A stretch of DNA of 64,000 nt from Alphaproteobacteria bacterium (GTDB lineage Bacteria > Pseudomonadota > Alphaproteobacteria > RF32 > CAG-239), in contig JAFUEX010000003.1 in the NCBI GenBank assembly GCA_017470165.1, positions 19,544 through 83,543 on the forward strand. Direction: 5' to 3'. Position numbers and translations under genes: made by a program. The notes under the pieces are model-generated. The model did not search any database. It saw nothing but the letters and a program-made list of their open reading frames with translations, and was not told the origin of the DNA. Positions 37,631 to 47,151 of the stretch are shown in pieces (positions within the stretch are counted from its first letter, which is position 1; each line of letters starts with the position of its first letter).

Positions 37631-40437
37631 AGTTTGTCTTTTAAAAAACGGCCGGTGTAGCTTGCTTCGACCTTGGCTACATCTTCGGGCGTGCCTTGTG
37701 CGACTATGGTGCCGCCGCCAACTCCTCCTTCGGGGCCGATATCAATGATATGGTCGGCAACCTTGATAACATCCAAGTTGTGTTCAATAACGATAAGCGA
37801 ATTACCGGCATCAACCAATGATTGCAAAATGGAGAGCAGTTTGTTGATGTCTTCAAAGTGTAATCCAGTGGTGGGCTCGTCCAAAATATAGAGGGTTTTG
37901 CCGGTGGCCTTTTTAGAGAGTTCTTTAGATAATTTGATGCGCTGAGCCTCGCCGCCGGAGAGAGTGGTGGCGGATTGTCCGAGTTTGATATAGCCCAATC
38001 CGACGCGGCGCAATAATTCCAACCGGTTGCGAATCGAAGGAATATTCTCAAAGAACACATAGGCATCATCCACTGTCATATCCAAAACATCGGCAATTGA
38101 TTTGCCTTTGTATTTTACCTCCAGTGTTTCGCGGTTGTAGCGTGTGCCGTGGCAGACATCGCACTCAACATAAACATCGGGCAGAAAATGCATTTCGATT
38201 TTGGTAACCCCATCGCCTTGGCAGGCCTCGCAGCGTCCGCCGGCTACATTGAATGAAAAACGTCCGGCGGCATAACCGCGAGCTTTTGCTTCCGGCAGAT
38301 TGGCAAACCAATCGCGGATATAGGTAAATAATCCGGTATAGGTGGCGGGGTTGGAACGCGGAGTGCGTCCGATGGGTGATTGGTCGATGTTGATGATTTT
38401 GTCAACGTTTTCAACCCCCTCAAGTTTGAGGTATTTACCTTGCAAGACGCGCGAGCCATTGAGCTCTTTTTCCAAAGCGGCACAAAGAGTTTCCAGCACC
38501 AGTGATGATTTGCCCGAACCGGATACGCCGGTTACACAGATAAATTTGCCCAGAGGAAACTTAATGTCAATATTTTTCAGATTGTTGGTAGAAGCTCCTT
38601 TAAGGGTGAGAAATTTGCCGTTGCCTTTGCGGCGTTTGGCCGGCACGGCGATGGATTTGGTGCCGTTCAAATAAGCTGCGGTCAGGCTTGAAGAGCTTTT
38701 GAGAATGTCTTTGAGACTGCCGGATGCCACTACTTCTCCGCCTCTGGTGCCGGCATACGGACCGATGTCGACAATATAATCGGCAGCGCGGATGGCGTCT
38801 TCGTCGTGCTCAACCACAATTACGGTATTGCCGATATCGCGCAGGCGGTTTAAGGTTTCTATCAAGCGGTAGTTGTCGCGCTGGTGCAGACCGATTGAGG
38901 GTTCGTCAAGGACATACATAACGCCGGTCAGGCCGGTGCCGATTTGGGAGGCCAAACGAATGCGCTGGGCCTCGCCGCCGGACAAAGAGCCGGATTGCCG
39001 CGATAAGGTGAGATAATCCAAGCCGACATTGTTTAAGAATTGCAATCTTTCGCAGATTTCTTTAATGATTTTGGCAGAAATTTCTTGCTTTTGCGGGCTT
39101 AAGGTCGGTTTGATGCCGGAAAACCACACAAGAGCATCTTTAATCGATTTTTCGCTGACATCCCAGATATCCAATCCGCCGATTTTAACCGCTAAGGCTT
39201 CGGGGCGCAAACGTTTGCCGTGGCAAAATTCGCAAGGGGCCGCCGATTGATAATGTGACAATTCCTCACGCGTGGCCGGCGAATCGGTATCAAGAAAACG
39301 GCGCTCCATATTGGGAATCACCCCTTCAAAAGGTTTTTCGGTGACAAATTTTTTGAAGTAAAGCGGCACAATTTCGTCGCCCGAACCATAAAGGATAATG
39401 TCGCGGGCGCGTTGCGGAAGGTCTTGCCACGGAGTTTTGGTTGAAATACCCAGCCAATTGGCCAGCGAGACAAGCGCCATTTCGTAAAACGAGGAATGAA
39501 AGCCGTGCCAAGGGGCAATTGCACCTTGGGAAATGGATAGTGTCGGGTTGGGAACAATGAGCGCGGGGTCCATATAAAGTTTGGCGCCGATACCATCGCA
39601 GTGCGGGCACGCGCCGTAAGGATTGTTGAACGAAAACATCCGCGGCTCGATTTCCTCAATGGTAAAGCCCGAAACCGGACAAGCAAATTTTGAGGAGAAG
39701 GTGGTGCGTTTACCATCACTCATATTTTCGATATAAACCAAACCATCGCTAAGGTGCAGCGCGGTTTCAAATGATTGGGCAAGACGCTCTTGCAAGCCGT
39801 CTTTGACAATGATGCGGTCAATAACAATTTCGATATCGTGTTTTTGATTTTTGTTCAGGGCGGGAGTTTCTTCCAAATCATAAATCTGCCCGTCGATTTT
39901 GACCCGCTGGAAACCTTGAGCGCGGTAGTCGGCTAATTCTTTTTTGTATTCGCCTTTTTTGCCGCGGACTACCGGTGAGAGCATCATCAACTTGGTACCG
40001 GCGGGCATTTCCAAAGTGCGGTCGACCATCTGAGAGACTGTTTGACTTTCAATCGGCAGGCCGGTAGCCGGCGAATAGGGAACGCCGACCCTTGCCCACA
40101 GCAAGCGCATATAATCATAAATTTCGGTAATGGTGCCTACGGTGGAACGCGGGTTGTGCGAGGTGGATTTTTGCTCAATGGAGATGGCGGGAGACAGACC
40201 TTCGATGGAATCAACATCGGGTTTTTGCATCAGGTCGAGGAATTGGCGGGCATAAGCCGACAAACTTTCAACATAGCGGCGCTGTCCTTCGGCATATATG
40301 GTATCAAAGGCTAAAGATGATTTGCCCGAACCTGACAAACCGGTAATGACGGTTAGTTTGTTTTTGGGAATTTGCAAGCTGATGTTTTTCAGGTTGTGGG
40401 AGCGGGCGCCTTTAATGTCGATAAAATCAGTGGTCAT
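37627..40437 (-). CDS. uvrA: Excinuclease ABC subunit A
   Basis: 936 aa, two ABC modules ([14 protein letters not shown].., [11 protein letters not shown]..), zinc-finger CxxC pairs, LSGGEAQRI twice. Confidence 0.95.
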   Translation of the reverse strand: MTTDFIDIKGARSHNLKNISLQIPKNKLTVITGLSGSGKSSLAFDTIYAEGQRRYVESLSAYARQFLDLMQKPDVDSIEGLSPAISIEQKSTSHNPRSTVGTITEIYDYMRLLWARVGVPYSPATGLPIESQTVSQMVDRTLEMPAGTKLMMLSPVVRGKKGEYKKELADYRAQGFQRVKIDGQIYDLEETPALNKNQKHDIEIVIDRIIVKDGLQERLAQSFETALHLSDGLVYIENMSDGKRTTFSSKFACPVSGFTIEEIEPRMFSFNNPYGACPHCDGIGAKLYMDPALIVPNPTLSISQGAIAPWHGFHSSFYEMALVSLANWLGISTKTPWQDLPQRARDIILYGSGDEIVPLYFKKFVTEKPFEGVIPNMERRFLDTDSPATREELSHYQSAAPCEFCHGKRLRPEALAVKIGGLDIWDVSEKSIKDALVWFSGIKPTLSPQKQEISAKIIKEICERLQFLNNVGLDYLTLSRQSGSLSGGEAQRIRLASQIGTGLTGVMYVLDEPSIGLHQRDNYRLIETLNRLRDIGNTVIVVEHDEDAIRAADYIVDIGPYAGTRGGEVVASGSLKDILKSSSSLTAAYLNGTKSIAVPAKRRKGNGKFLTLKGASTNNLKNIDIKFPLGKFICVTGVSGSGKSSLVLETLCAALEKELNGSRVLQGKYLKLEGVENVDKIINIDQSPIGRTPRSNPATYTGLFTYIRDWFANLPEAKARGYAAGRFSFNVAGGRCEACQGDGVTKIEMHFLPDVYVECDVCHGTRYNRETLEVKYKGKSIADVLDMTVDDAYVFFENIPSIRNRLELLRRVGLGYIKLGQSATTLSGGEAQRIKLSKELSKKATGKTLYILDEPTTGLHFEDINKLLSILQSLVDAGNSLIVIEHNLDVIKVADHIIDIGPEGGVGGGTIVAQGTPEDVAKVEASYTGRFLKDKL

Positions 40438-40507
40438 TTTTTAATCTCCTTGAGGTGAGGGACAATATATAACATTCCAAATAAATAGCAAGTACTTAAT
40501 AAAAATG

Positions 40508-40536
40508 TTGACAAAAATGATATTTTTGTGCATTAT
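40508..40536 (+). promoter_or_regulatory. Sigma70-like promoter upstream of the leader ORF and GNAT gene
   Basis: TTGACA (40508..40513), 17-nt spacer, CATTAT (40531..40536). Confidence 0.5.
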
Positions 40537-40567
40537 GGAACAAAATTGATAGAAAGGTTTGATTATA

Positions 40568-40630
40568 ATGAAGATGACAAATCGCAGATTGCTCGTTGTT
40601 CGTTCTCGCCGAGGTGTGCCGCGACGATGA
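40568..40630 (+). CDS. Candidate 20-codon leader peptide MKMTNRRLLVVRSRRGVPRR (7 Arg)
   Basis: ATG 40568 lies 9 nt after AAAGG and the stop TGA is at 40628. It sits between the promoter and an intrinsic terminator that precedes the GNAT gene. Confidence 0.3.
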   Translation: MKMTNRRLLVVRSRRGVPRR

Positions 40631-40662
40631 TTTTTTACACAAAGTAATTAATTATCGTGGCG

Positions 40663-40698
40663 AGATTTGAAGTTGGGTAATTTCAAATCTTTTTTTTG
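40663..40698 (+). terminator. Intrinsic terminator / attenuator immediately upstream of the GNAT gene
   Basis: AGATTTGAA (40663..40671) pairs with TTCAAATCT (40682..40690), followed by T8 (40691..40698). The GNAT ATG is 12 nt later. Confidence 0.7.
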
Positions 40699-40709
40699 AC
40701 TTAAAAACT

Positions 40710-41495
40710 ATGGGAAAAGAAAAACAAATGGCGAAAAAATTAGAGGTTAAAGAGCTTAATATCGAACATCTGGCGGCGGTTATGGAGCTGCAAAATAAGG
40801 TTGTCGGCAATTTGCAGGAGGATGAAAAACATTTTGTTTTGACCCGAAGCGCGCAAGATTTTATTAAGGCGTTGGAACACGAGCATACTTATATGCTTGG
40901 GGTGTTTGATGGTGAAAAATTGGTGGCGCAGAGTATTTTTTCTTATCCGCAAAACGGGCAGGTTAGAGATATGCCGGAGTTTGATTGTGATACCGCTAAT
41001 GACAAACTGGTGGTGTATAAGGCGATTTTGGTGGATGTGGAACACAGAGGTTCGGGTTTGATGAAAAGTATGCTGGATTATATTGAAAAGAAATCCAAAG
41101 CTATGGGTAAAACTACCTCAATTATTCAAATTGCGATTGACAATCCGGCCAGCTGGATAAGCGCTTTGGCCAACGGGATGTCCATCCGCAAGGTGGATTA
41201 TGACCCGACGGACGGAGCCAAGGTTTTGTATTTGGCTAAAAATTTGCAAGTACCGACAAGATCAGAAGCTCAAGGACGGATGGCAATGTTTGTGGGAAAA
41301 AATATTCATCGCGAGATACCGGCACTGTTTAATAAGATGCAATATCGGGTGGCTCAAGGTTATTACGGGGTAGGGATTGATAAAAACACCCATAGTCTGA
41401 TTTGGGAAAAGCCGAGAGATAATGCAGCTAAAAACAGAATTATGACACAACCTTTGGTTCAAGCAAGTGGCCAAGGTAGAACCACTCGGTATTAA
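40710..41495 (+). CDS. GNAT-family N-acetyltransferase (261 aa), substrate unknown
   Basis: Acetyl-CoA-binding-like core ..YKAILVDVEHRGSGLMKSMLDYIEKKSKAMG.. The start may be 40710 or 40728. Confidence 0.65.
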   Translation: MGKEKQMAKKLEVKELNIEHLAAVMELQNKVVGNLQEDEKHFVLTRSAQDFIKALEHEHTYMLGVFDGEKLVAQSIFSYPQNGQVRDMPEFDCDTANDKLVVYKAILVDVEHRGSGLMKSMLDYIEKKSKAMGKTTSIIQIAIDNPASWISALANGMSIRKVDYDPTDGAKVLYLAKNLQVPTRSEAQGRMAMFVGKNIHREIPALFNKMQYRVAQGYYGVGIDKNTHSLIWEKPRDNAAKNRIMTQPLVQASGQGRTTRY

Positions 41496-42306
41496 CGGCG
41501 GCTTTGGCATTGGGTAATAATATGAACCCGTCCTGAGGACATATAATATTGGTGTTGTTGTCATAGACGGCCAATATTTCGCCTCGGGATATTTTGTCCA
41601 AATGATGATAGGGATGCGTAAGGTTGCCGGATGATGATTTGACAATAATCTCGTCCATCATAATACGTTGTTGTTTTAAGGGGGCTGAGGGAAAACCATC
41701 CAGCATATTCAAGCATAACAGGGTGTTGAGCACAACATAATAAGCAGTTTGTTCGGATTGGAGAGATTGGTGGTAGCCGCACTCAACGGTGAGACAGGTT
41801 TTGCCGTAAGTTTGGGCGCAACTGCCGGTCGAAAAATCGGCAATCGGAGCATTTCGATAAATCTGCGGCCATCCTTCGATAATATAGATAATGTTTTGCG
41901 CTTGGGACAAACGACGGGATGCAGCGGTGGGATAGTCATCGAAAATAAATGGTTTATCTTGTGGACAATGCGATGAGTGCAGGTCAATGACGATATCGCA
42001 GCAGCGAATGTGCGTGGACAATTCTTTGCCCAAATGTTGTTCGTAGGTGGTCGGGGTGTCCCAATTTTTGACTACACGGTTGAGGTTTTCTTCAACTTGT
42101 CTGAGGCCCAAAGTATGGGCTTGAGGATTGCAAACCGGAATGAACTCGACACTGCCGCGGTTGAGAGTAAGCGCGCGGGAAGCAAATTTTTCAATCACTT
42201 TGAATAATGCCTTAACTCCGCAAGTTTCATTACCGTGCACTCCGCCCAAAAATAGTACTTTGGGGCCGGCCGGCGGAGAAGTAAAAACATATTTTTTCAA
42301 CAGCAT
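41440..42306 (-). CDS. Succinylglutamate desuccinylase / aspartoacylase (AstE/AspA, M14-like) family deacylase
   Basis: VLFLGGVHGNETCG metal-binding motif and DLHSSH. 288 aa. Confidence 0.7.
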   Translation of the reverse strand: MLLKKYVFTSPPAGPKVLFLGGVHGNETCGVKALFKVIEKFASRALTLNRGSVEFIPVCNPQAHTLGLRQVEENLNRVVKNWDTPTTYEQHLGKELSTHIRCCDIVIDLHSSHCPQDKPFIFDDYPTAASRRLSQAQNIIYIIEGWPQIYRNAPIADFSTGSCAQTYGKTCLTVECGYHQSLQSEQTAYYVVLNTLLCLNMLDGFPSAPLKQQRIMMDEIIVKSSSGNLTHPYHHLDKISRGEILAVYDNNTNIICPQDGFILLPNAKAAVNTEWFYLGHLLEPKVVS

Positions 42307-42440
42307 CGATTAAGTTCCCTTATGTGACAAATTCAGCGGCGATTGTAAGGAGAGGAGAAAAAAGAGTCAAATATTTTTTATATGCAAATATTGTGAAAAT
42401 CGGTTGCCAAGCGCTGCATTTGGTGTTACAAGCGGCAGTT

Positions 42441-43559
42441 ATGATGAAAGATAAGATAAAAATAATAATTTTTGCCATATGGGCAGTTTTTTTGAGTGAG
42501 ACAGCGACAGTGCAGGCGGCTGTAATTGCGGTGTCGGCACCCAAAAGCGGCGATGGAGCGATGTTTGGAGAGCAGTTGGCGGATGGTGCGCGGATTGCGG
42601 TTGAAGAGATTAATGACAACGGCGGGTTGCTGGGTGAAAAAATAGAGTTTATTGCCGTGGATGATGCCAGTTCGGATTTGGCGGTAAAGTCAGAAGAGCA
42701 ATTGCTGACCTCAAGCGGAGCTATGGGGCGGTTGGATTTGATCGTCGGTCCTTGGGGAAGCGATTATTTCGAGCTTATCAGCGATGTATATGCCAAAAAC
42801 GGCATTACTCATATGGTGGTGCAGCCTTTGGATGAGCAAAGGTTCGGCTATAAGGCGACAGGAATGTTTAAAATCGGCGGTTTGGTTGCGGCACAGGCGG
42901 AGAGTGTGTTGGCCGTTTATAAAGAACGCTGGAGTGACAAAAACATTGCTGTGGCTTATGATAAAAATAATGTCGCAACTTATGAAACGGCAGCGGCGCT
43001 ACAAGGTCTGATGCAGGCAAACGGCATCGGCAAGCGCATAAGTTTGTATGATTTTGCGGATTATGCAAAAATCAAGAAAATGGCCAAAGAAATTGCCGCT
43101 AAAAGCAAGGTTGTTTATATCTTGGGCAATAAGAATCAGGTGGCAGAGCTGGCGCAGAAACTGCAGGACCGCAATGAAGAAATTGTGCTGATAGTGGATG
43201 AATATATGGCAACCTCTTATTTTTTCAAAGAGATGGGAAATTTTGCCGAAGGGGTTTATGTGCTCAAATTTAATGACCAAAAGGCTAATTCTGCTTTTAC
43301 TAAAGAGCTGGTGGAGCTGCGGATTAAAGGGCGTGAGCCGCGCGGGTTGGGAATTATGAGTTATACTGCAGTGATGTTGTGGCGGGATATGGCTGAGGCA
43401 GCCAAGAGTTTTGATGTCGGTAAAATTGCCAAAATTGCCAATGAAAGAAATTGGAACACGCCTTGGGGGATGGTCGGTTTTAAGGATGGCGCCGTAGTAA
43501 AAGGCGGAGGATGGAATATGTATTTGCTGGAAAACGGCGAATATACACAGGTTAACTGA
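42441..43559 (+). CDS. Periplasmic amino-acid-binding protein (LivJ/LivK-like, type I PBP)
   Basis: Signal peptide, then VIAVSAPKSGDGAMFGEQLADGARIAVEEINDNGGLLGEKIEFIAVDD. No cognate permease or ATPase genes are adjacent. Confidence 0.75.
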   Translation: MMKDKIKIIIFAIWAVFLSETATVQAAVIAVSAPKSGDGAMFGEQLADGARIAVEEINDNGGLLGEKIEFIAVDDASSDLAVKSEEQLLTSSGAMGRLDLIVGPWGSDYFELISDVYAKNGITHMVVQPLDEQRFGYKATGMFKIGGLVAAQAESVLAVYKERWSDKNIAVAYDKNNVATYETAAALQGLMQANGIGKRISLYDFADYAKIKKMAKEIAAKSKVVYILGNKNQVAELAQKLQDRNEEIVLIVDEYMATSYFFKEMGNFAEGVYVLKFNDQKANSAFTKELVELRIKGREPRGLGIMSYTAVMLWRDMAEAAKSFDVGKIAKIANERNWNTPWGMVGFKDGAVVKGGGWNMYLLENGEYTQVN

Positions 43560-43638
43560 TTTTGCGATTGCAAAAAACATAAGCCGTGTTTATACTAAGC
43601 GAAGTTTTTTTAATTTATTGGATAGAGGTTGAGTAAAA

Positions 43639-44106
43639 ATGGTTGGAAGTATAAATAAAGTGATTTTGGTGGGCAATTTAGGCGCTGATCCTAAGGTCAG
43701 CAATACAAACAGCGGAGCCAAAATTGTTAACTTGAATGTGGCAACTTCGGATTCGTGGAAGGATAAAGCTACCGGCGAACGCAAGGAACGCACCGAATGG
43801 CATCGCGTAGTGATTTTTAATACCGCTTTGGCGGATGTGGCTGAGCGCTATTTGCACAAGGGCTCGAAAGTGTATTTGGAAGGCCAGTTGCAGACCAGAA
43901 GTTGGAAAGACAATACCGGTGCTGATCGTTATACTACCGAGATTGTGCTGCAAAATTTCAGCGGCAATTTGGTTTTGCTTGATGCCAGAGGCGGGGAGAG
44001 CGTGCCGGCCGGCGGTAATGATGTGTTTGCAGCCAGCGATTCGGGGTGGGATTCGACAACGTCGACATCAAATTCCGCACCGATAGACGATGATATTCCG
44101 TTTTAG
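43639..44106 (+). CDS. ssb: Single-stranded DNA-binding protein
   Basis: INKVILVGNLGADPK..TEWHRVVIF.., acidic C-terminal tip DDDIPF. Confidence 0.95.
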   Translation: MVGSINKVILVGNLGADPKVSNTNSGAKIVNLNVATSDSWKDKATGERKERTEWHRVVIFNTALADVAERYLHKGSKVYLEGQLQTRSWKDNTGADRYTTEIVLQNFSGNLVLLDARGGESVPAGGNDVFAASDSGWDSTTSTSNSAPIDDDIPF

Positions 44107-44136
44107 AAAAAAATGCTAAAAGGATAAAAAAGACAA

Positions 44137-44167
44137 AGCCGACGAAGTTGATGCGTCGGCTTTTTTT
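44137..44167 (+). terminator. Intrinsic terminator after ssb
   Basis: AGCCGACG / CGTCGGCT stem followed by T7. Confidence 0.75.
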
Positions 44168-44174
44168 CAAGGTT

Positions 44175-44633
44175 TCAGTTTTGCAGATGGTTGCGGAACA
44201 AATAATTGGCTAAGTTGATGCAGCGTTTTTTCTGCACCGGCACCAATTTAGCTCGGTTGACCGCCGAAGTAAACTCTTCGAGCTCACTTTCGGTGCGGCA
44301 GAGCGGAGCCAAAGTGTGCACCCAGCCGTCAAAACTGATAATTACTACTTCAAAGTTCTCGGTAAACGGAACGGGCACTTCTTTCGGAGCAGCACCGCTC
44401 AGTTTTTCCAACCGCAATTTCAGATTATTGCCCAAAGTAATATGGTCACCGGAATAAGCAAATTCTTCCTTAGACTTGAGCGCAACTAATTTGGTGCCGC
44501 CGACTTTGGGTGTGTCTTTTAATCGGAAACCTGACGGAGCAATGCTCGGCGGGTTAGTAATTGTTACCACGCGTCCGGCACTGCGGGAGAAGAACTTAGC
44601 AAACTCTTCATTGAATTGAAATGTCTCTTTCAT
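44175..44633 (-). CDS. Hypothetical 152-aa protein divergent from flgF
   Basis: ORF from ATG 44633 (MKETFQFNEEFAKFF..). No family recognised. Confidence 0.45.
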   Translation of the reverse strand: MKETFQFNEEFAKFFSRSAGRVVTITNPPSIAPSGFRLKDTPKVGGTKLVALKSKEEFAYSGDHITLGNNLKLRLEKLSGAAPKEVPVPFTENFEVVIISFDGWVHTLAPLCRTESELEEFTSAVNRAKLVPVQKKRCINLANYLFRNHLQN

Positions 44634-44774
44634 AACACTAATTTTTTTAATTTGTATAATAATTGAACTACAATTGAGAAAGTATAACAAAATGAGATGA
44701 AAAGCAATAATTTTTTTTGAATATGCGGTAATTGATAGACAATCGGCAAATAAATTATAGGGGTTTTAAAAAAA

Positions 44775-44790
44775 TGGCACGAGTTTTGCA
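44775..44790 (+). promoter_or_regulatory. Sigma54 (RpoN) -24/-12 promoter for the flgFGAH operon
   Basis: TGGCAC-GAGTT-TTGCA matches the TGGCAC-N5-TTGCW consensus exactly, 85 nt upstream of the flgF ATG. Confidence 0.7.
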
Positions 44791-44874
44791 TAAGGTAAGA
44801 CAAAACAAAATTGTTCGGTGAGGTCGGCTTAAAAGGGAGAGCTTTAATCACCGAAAAAAGATAGGGGAAAATTT

Positions 44875-45618
44875 ATGGATAATACCAATTATGTGGCTTT
44901 GTCGCGGCAGATGGCACTGTGGAAACAGATGAATATTGTGTCCAATAATATGGCTAATATGAATACGGCAGGATATAAGCAGGATGATGTGGTGTTTGCT
45001 TCTTATTTGCAACAGACGCCGCAAGCACAAGGAATTGGGGCTGAGCCGATTTATTTTACGTGGGATTTCGGGGATTATGCCGATTTTACCGAGGGTAGTT
45101 TTAAGGAGACCGGCAATCCGCTGGATGCTGCTATCAGAGGGAAGGGTTTTTTCTGTGTGGAAACGGCATCAGGTGAGATGTATACCCGCAAGGGACAATT
45201 TACTCTTAATGAAGACGGGGCTCTGACCACTACTGAGGGAAATATTATTTTGAGCGAAGGAAATACGCCGATATTTTTAGCTCCGGATGAAAGAGAAGTG
45301 GTAATATCCGAGAGCGGTGATGTCATTACCGAGAATGGTGTTATCGGCCGCTTGAAAATCGCGCAGTTTGCCGATGAGGGTAAGTTGTTAAAGATGGCAG
45401 GAGTGCTGTTTGAAAATCCGGCCGGTAATGCGGTGAGGTTTAGCAGCGATAATGTGCGGATTGAGCAAGGGATGGTTGAAAGCTCCAATGTTAATGCGAT
45501 TGCCGAAATGACCAATCTGATAAAAATTCAACGCAGTTATGATTATGTGCAACAGATGATTGATGAGGAGCACACTCGTTTATCAAACACAATTTCAACT
45601 TTTGCCGATTTGGCATAA
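44875..45618 (+). CDS. flgF: Flagellar basal-body rod protein FlgF
   Basis: N-terminal rod motif ..NNMANMNTAGYK.. and C-terminal ..IQRSYD... 247 aa, upstream of flgG. Confidence 0.85.
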   Translation: MDNTNYVALSRQMALWKQMNIVSNNMANMNTAGYKQDDVVFASYLQQTPQAQGIGAEPIYFTWDFGDYADFTEGSFKETGNPLDAAIRGKGFFCVETASGEMYTRKGQFTLNEDGALTTTEGNIILSEGNTPIFLAPDEREVVISESGDVITENGVIGRLKIAQFADEGKLLKMAGVLFENPAGNAVRFSSDNVRIEQGMVESSNVNAIAEMTNLIKIQRSYDYVQQMIDEEHTRLSNTISTFADLA

Positions 45619-45637
45619 AAAATAGAGGGGAACAATT

Positions 45638-46426
45638 ATGAGATCGTTACAAATAGGCGCAACCGGAATGCTGGCTCAGCAGACCAATGTTGATACTATC
45701 GCCAACAATATCGCAAATATGAATACAACGGCCTATACCAAGCGGCGTGCCGAGTTCAGTGATTTGATTTATCAAAATGTAGTGCGTCCGGGGTCGGCAT
45801 CAACGGCTGACAATACGATTGTTCCGGCCGGTGTACAAATGGGGTTGGGAGTTAGAACTTCGGCGATTTACCGTATTACGGACGGTGGGTCGTTGACTTC
45901 AACCGGTAATGATTTGGATTTGGCAATTCGCGGTCGCGGTTATTTTACCATTGAGCTGCCGGAAGGAAAAGGTACGGGATATACTCGCGATGGAGCTTTT
46001 CAGCGCAATGGTGAGGGCGTAATTGTGACGCACGAGGGATATGTAGTGCAGCCGGAAATTACCATCCCCGATGATGCGGTTGAGGTTTATGTCAACTCTT
46101 CGGGCGAGGTATGGGTAAAGCAAGACGGAGAGATTGACGAGATTAATGTCGGACAGCTTGAGTTGGCCACCTTTGTTAATGAGGCGGGTTTGGAGGCTAT
46201 CGGCGATAATTTGTTCATTGAGACCGAGGCTTCGGGAGACCCGATTGTAGATAATCCCGATACCGAGGGTTTCGGGTCGATTTTGCAGGGGTATCTTAAT
46301 ACTTCGAATGTTAATCCGGTAACCGAGATAACCGAGCTGATTTCGGCACAGCGCGCCTATGAGATGAACTCGAAAGTTATTACAACTTCGGATTCAATGC
46401 TTAATACCATTAATCAGATGAAGTAG
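45638..46426 (+). CDS. flgG: Flagellar basal-body distal rod protein FlgG
   Basis: MRSLQIGATGMLAQQTNVDTIANNIANMNTTAY.., GYLNTSNVNPVTEITELISAQRAYEMNSKVI. Confidence 0.9.
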   Translation: MRSLQIGATGMLAQQTNVDTIANNIANMNTTAYTKRRAEFSDLIYQNVVRPGSASTADNTIVPAGVQMGLGVRTSAIYRITDGGSLTSTGNDLDLAIRGRGYFTIELPEGKGTGYTRDGAFQRNGEGVIVTHEGYVVQPEITIPDDAVEVYVNSSGEVWVKQDGEIDEINVGQLELATFVNEAGLEAIGDNLFIETEASGDPIVDNPDTEGFGSILQGYLNTSNVNPVTEITELISAQRAYEMNSKVITTSDSMLNTINQMK

Positions 46427-46439
46427 AGGTAAGCAGAAA

Positions 46440-47141
46440 ATGCGATTGGCAGGCTGGTTGATATTGATTGGTTGGCAGATGCTGGCATTGGGGGCAGCGG
46501 CGGCTGAGTTGAGTGAAGACCGTTTGCTGCAGGCAATAAAGGATGAGTTTGCCGAGCAAGGGGAAAGCGAAAATATTGAGCTGGAAATTTTTGGCGGCAA
46601 AACCCACTATGAATTTGCTGATGCCAAAGATGTCAAAGTCCTGTTAAGCGATTTGAAGATTGATGCGGGGCAGGGGCGTTTTACGGTTAATGCGGAAATT
46701 TTTGCCGATGGTGATTTGCAAGATAAAAACAAGATTATCGGCCGCTATTTTGTAATGAAAGAAGTATGGGTGCCGGCCAAAGACATTGCCAAAGACGCGG
46801 TGATTATGGAAAATGACTTGCAGAAGTCAGCGCTGAGAGGAAATCGTTTGCGTAAGGAGGCTTTGATAAATCAGGAGGATATTATCGGCAGAGAGGCAAC
46901 ACGTTTGCTCAAAGCAGGTAAACCATTGGAAAACGGTGATGTGCGGGCCGTACGGGTAATTAAAAAAGGCCAAATGGTGACAGCGGTATATACCAAGAAG
47001 GGACTGCAAATAACCTCGAAAATGCAGGCTTTGAGCGATGCTGCGCAAGGCGAGGCCGTGAAGTTGCTTAACTTGAGCAGCAAAAAAGAGATTGCCGGTG
47101 TGGCCAAAAAATCAGGTGAAGTGGAAATTGTCAGCGAATAG
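46440..47141 (+). CDS. flgA: Flagellar P-ring assembly chaperone FlgA
   Basis: Signal peptide, SAF-like C-terminal region (..GDVRAVRVIKKGQMVT.., GEAVKLLNLSSKKEIAG), and position between flgG and flgH. Confidence 0.8.
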   Translation: MRLAGWLILIGWQMLALGAAAAELSEDRLLQAIKDEFAEQGESENIELEIFGGKTHYEFADAKDVKVLLSDLKIDAGQGRFTVNAEIFADGDLQDKNKIIGRYFVMKEVWVPAKDIAKDAVIMENDLQKSALRGNRLRKEALINQEDIIGREATRLLKAGKPLENGDVRAVRVIKKGQMVTAVYTKKGLQITSKMQALSDAAQGEAVKLLNLSSKKEIAGVAKKSGEVEIVSE

Positions 47142-47151
47142 CAGGGGAACT

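Noticed and set aside
40438-40567. LexA/SOS box upstream of uvrA.
   Set aside because: I found no convincing GTTC-N7-GTTC (alphaproteobacterial) or CTGT-N8-ACAG motif. The only partial match is GAACAAAATTGATAG.
44175-44633. FlbT identity for the 152-aa ORF next to flgF.
   Set aside because: The sequence lacks the FlbT-like N-terminus as I remember it (MPLKLSLKPGE...NGAV..). It is left as hypothetical.
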